A stretch of 63,514 bases of DNA, the filler included, from Chthonomonadaceae bacterium (GTDB lineage: Bacteria > Armatimonadota > Chthonomonadetes > Chthonomonadales > Chthonomonadaceae), in assembly GCA_035650735.1 (NCBI GenBank). It is 8 parts of 8 records of this genome, joined end to end, with 100 filler letters (N's around TTAATTAATTAA, not from the genome) between each part and the next. Parts side by side here need not be neighbours in the genome. Positions count along the whole stretch, not along the records: positions 59,865 to 63,514 come from DASRGZ010000026.1; 7 more parts are not named here. One strand, given 5' to 3'. Made by a program: the position numbers and the translations under genes. The notes beneath the pieces were generated by a model. That model did not search any database, was not told the DNA's origin, and saw only the letters and a list, made by a program, of their open reading frames with translations. Position 1 is the stretch's first letter; every line of letters begins with the position of its first letter. Below, in pieces: positions 59,765 through 63,514 of the stretch.

Positions 59765-59864
59765 NNNNNNNNNNNNNNNNNNNNNNNNNNNNNNNNNNNN
59801 NNNNNNNNTTAATTAATTAANNNNNNNNNNNNNNNNNNNNNNNNNNNNNNNNNNNNNNNNNNNN

Positions 59865-61145
59865 GGCCTGCTCTCCTTTACCCTCCTGCACGCGGGACAG
59901 GACTTGCACAACGCCAATCCCCCGGTGGACGTGCTGAACTTGCCGGTGGATAACTCTATCGAGTACAACCCAACCTCAACCCGCAACATTCACCACGTTC
60001 AGATCTACAGCAGCCTGACCTACCGGCGCGGGCGGCACGAGTTCAAGACCGGCCTGCTCCTGGACGACCAGAACGGCGACGAGACCTATAATATCGTTCC
60101 GGCCAGCCGACTGGCCCTGGACGAACTGGCGGCCCTCTCCCCGGCCCTCGCGCCGCCCGGCACGGTGCAGACGGACGCGCAGGGCAACCCGATTGTGGAC
60201 GTGAACGGCAATCCGGTCTATGTTCCCGCATCCGGGGCCGTGCCCACGCTGAAGGTGCATCGCTCCGGCTTCTACCGCGCCGCCTACGCCCAGGATACCT
60301 GGCAGGCTTCCCACCGCCTGACCGTCAACTACGGTCTGCGCGCCGACTGGTACAAGCAATCCCAGAACCTGGGCCAGCCGATCACCAATGTCATTATCCT
60401 CTCGCCCCGCCTTAACTTCTCCTATAACCTGGACCGGCTGACGACGGCGCGCTGGTCGTATAACCGCCTGTTCAACACGCCGCCGCTGGCGCAGGGCGCG
60501 ATCCTCGGGCAGCCCATCCAGCCTGAGACCTTAGACCAGTACGATGTGAGCATGGAGCGCCAGGTCGGGCCGGGGCAAACGGTTTCCCTGGCCTACTATA
60601 TCAAGCAGATACGCAACCAGGTGGATACCGGCCTGCTCATCCCCGGCAGCCAGATCGGCATCTACTCGGCCGTCAACTTCCAGTACGGCGGCGTGCATGG
60701 CGTGGAATTCGCCTATGAGCTGACCCCGCCCAAGGGCACCGGCCTGGATGTCTCCCTCAACTACACCTACTCTGTCGCCCGTCCCAACGGCGTGGACAAC
60801 ACCGGCGCCCCGGTGCCCGACTTCAATGACCACGACCAGCGCAACACCGTCGGCCTGGACCTCGGCTACACCTGGAAGAGCGGCGCCTCGGTTTCGATGA
60901 CCATCAATCATGGCAGCGGCCTGGCAAGCAGTCCCATTCCACCCAGCGACAAGCGCATCCCGCGCACCCGCGTGGACCTGCACCTGACGACGGGGCCGCG
61001 CCTGTTGTGGGGGCATGGCGGTCTCGGCCTGGACGTGGTAAACCTCTTCGACGACCGGACGGTGATCAACTTCCAGTCGGCCTTCAGCGGCACCCGGTTT
61101 CAGCAGGGCCGGAGCATCCTGCTCTCCCTCTTCGCCAACTTCTGA
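59865..61145 (+). CDS. TonB-dependent receptor, C-terminal beta-barrel part, 5'-truncated
   Basis: Motifs YAQDTW, NYGLRAD, LSPRLN, NDHDQRNT and NLFD, ending in Phe (SLFANF). Confidence 0.88.
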   Translation, partial: GLLSFTLLHAGQDLHNANPPVDVLNLPVDNSIEYNPTSTRNIHHVQIYSSLTYRRGRHEFKTGLLLDDQNGDETYNIVPASRLALDELAALSPALAPPGTVQTDAQGNPIVDVNGNPVYVPASGAVPTLKVHRSGFYRAAYAQDTWQASHRLTVNYGLRADWYKQSQNLGQPITNVIILSPRLNFSYNLDRLTTARWSYNRLFNTPPLAQGAILGQPIQPETLDQYDVSMERQVGPGQTVSLAYYIKQIRNQVDTGLLIPGSQIGIYSAVNFQYGGVHGVEFAYELTPPKGTGLDVSLNYTYSVARPNGVDNTGAPVPDFNDHDQRNTVGLDLGYTWKSGASVSMTINHGSGLASSPIPPSDKRIPRTRVDLHLTTGPRLLWGHGGLGLDVVNLFDDRTVINFQSAFSGTRFQQGRSILLSLFANF

Positions 61146-61290
61146 CCGTATCCGCAAGCCGCCGCGCCGCGCATTGACATTCGCCAAATCCGACGGATCT
61201 TGCCTTGCAGGTAGCTCTGGCCGTCCGAAGTGGCGGCGTAATCCGCGCCCGAAGCGCAAATATCGAGGCCAAGATACATCGTCCGTCTCC

Positions 61291-61319
61291 TTTACAATCA
61301 GTATACCTGATGGTATACT
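61291..61319 (+). promoter_or_regulatory. guaB promoter with overlapping perfect palindrome
   Basis: TTTACA-17-TATACT with TG extension. AGTATACC-TGAT-GGTATACT at 61300-61319. Confidence 0.65.
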
Positions 61320-61321
61320 AA

Positions 61322-62896
<1,575 letters not shown>

Positions 62897-62939
62897 CTAC
62901 TAAGCAGAATTGCGGAAACATTCTCGGCGTCTCTCACGT

Positions 62940-63380
62940 CTAAAGGGTGTCGCATGTTAACCAAAAGAACTGGTCCAGATTTTGTACATCGCCCCCGCCC
63001 CTAAAAGGCGGGGGCTTTTTTGTGAGGCTAGGGTTAGCGATACGCCGCAAGGTAAATGTAGCCCCGTCCAGGATGGGCAAAACCAGCTCATAGCCATACA
63101 TGAGCGCCATTCCCACCAGCGGTTCCGCGCCCATTTCGTAGATGGAGACAGTTCACGATTGGCCGTCCCATAGCACCGTTGCTTCGTAGATATCGAAAAC
63201 CGTTTCACACCCGTCTGCTAGAAGCGCACGCCCGAACCGTTGCCAGCGCAAACCGAGGGTTGTGATAAAATCAGGCGGCAATGAAAGCCAGCCATCAAAA
63301 CTGGTGTCTATAATAGCGTCACGTTCGTGTTCTTGCCCGTTAGCGTCACGGACCGCGAGGCGGATAACCGCTTCGCGAAC
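62940..63380 (-). pseudogene. Clan AA aspartic protease (AF_0612-like), degraded
   Basis: REAVIRL...AIIDTSFDGWLSLP...LADG...WDGQS*TVSIYEMGAEPLVGMALM. In-frame TGA at 63153-63155, DTG changed to DTS, no clear start. Confidence 0.7.
62991..63021 (+). terminator. Intrinsic terminator
   Basis: GCCCCCGCC-CCTAAAA-GGCGGGGGC-TTTTTT. Confidence 0.85.
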
Positions 63381-63514
63381 GGCGGCGCGTGCTTCGGCAT
63401 CGGCGCTACACGCGACCCGAACTGCTGGCAACCGGCCCCAACCGGCTCTGGAGTTGGGACATCACCAAGCTCAAAGGGCCAGGCAAATGGCCCTACTACT
63501 ATCTGTCTGTGAGC

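Overview
The window is not contiguous DNA. It is eight contigs joined by artificial linkers (N44-TTAATTAATTAA-N44 at 4206-4305, 15961-16060, 26452-26551, 38324-38423, 46034-46133, 54485-54584, 59765-59864), so neighbourhood across linkers has no meaning. The organism is a GC-rich diderm bacterium. TonB system, TolC, planctomycete-type cytochrome c, DUF1501 and CRTAC1 genes suggest Armatimonadota or a similar lineage, which is an inference. Housekeeping genes: ispG, queA, guaB, dprA. Transport: a DUF2946-like CxxC/RAPP leader followed by exbB-exbD-tonB-TBDR, a MarR-TolC-MacA-MacB-like efflux operon, and an ABC exporter with DUF1854. There are several catabolic enzymes and one decayed IS-rich island (IS3, IS701, IS1182) carrying ADH, a CoA-transferase-GNAT fusion, a P1B-5-like ATPase and a HemG-like flavodoxin. 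The most unusual content is non-coding: a layered set of miniature repeats. One is a ~45-bp hairpin element with compensatory base changes that replaces about 3 bp of its target without a duplication, occurs only inside other palindromic repeats, and nests inside itself. Others are a 122-bp CAGGG...CCCTG MITE with a perfect 9-bp target duplication, and a 309-bp repeat insert read in frame inside the TBDR signal peptide. I recognised no rRNA, tRNA or CRISPR array.
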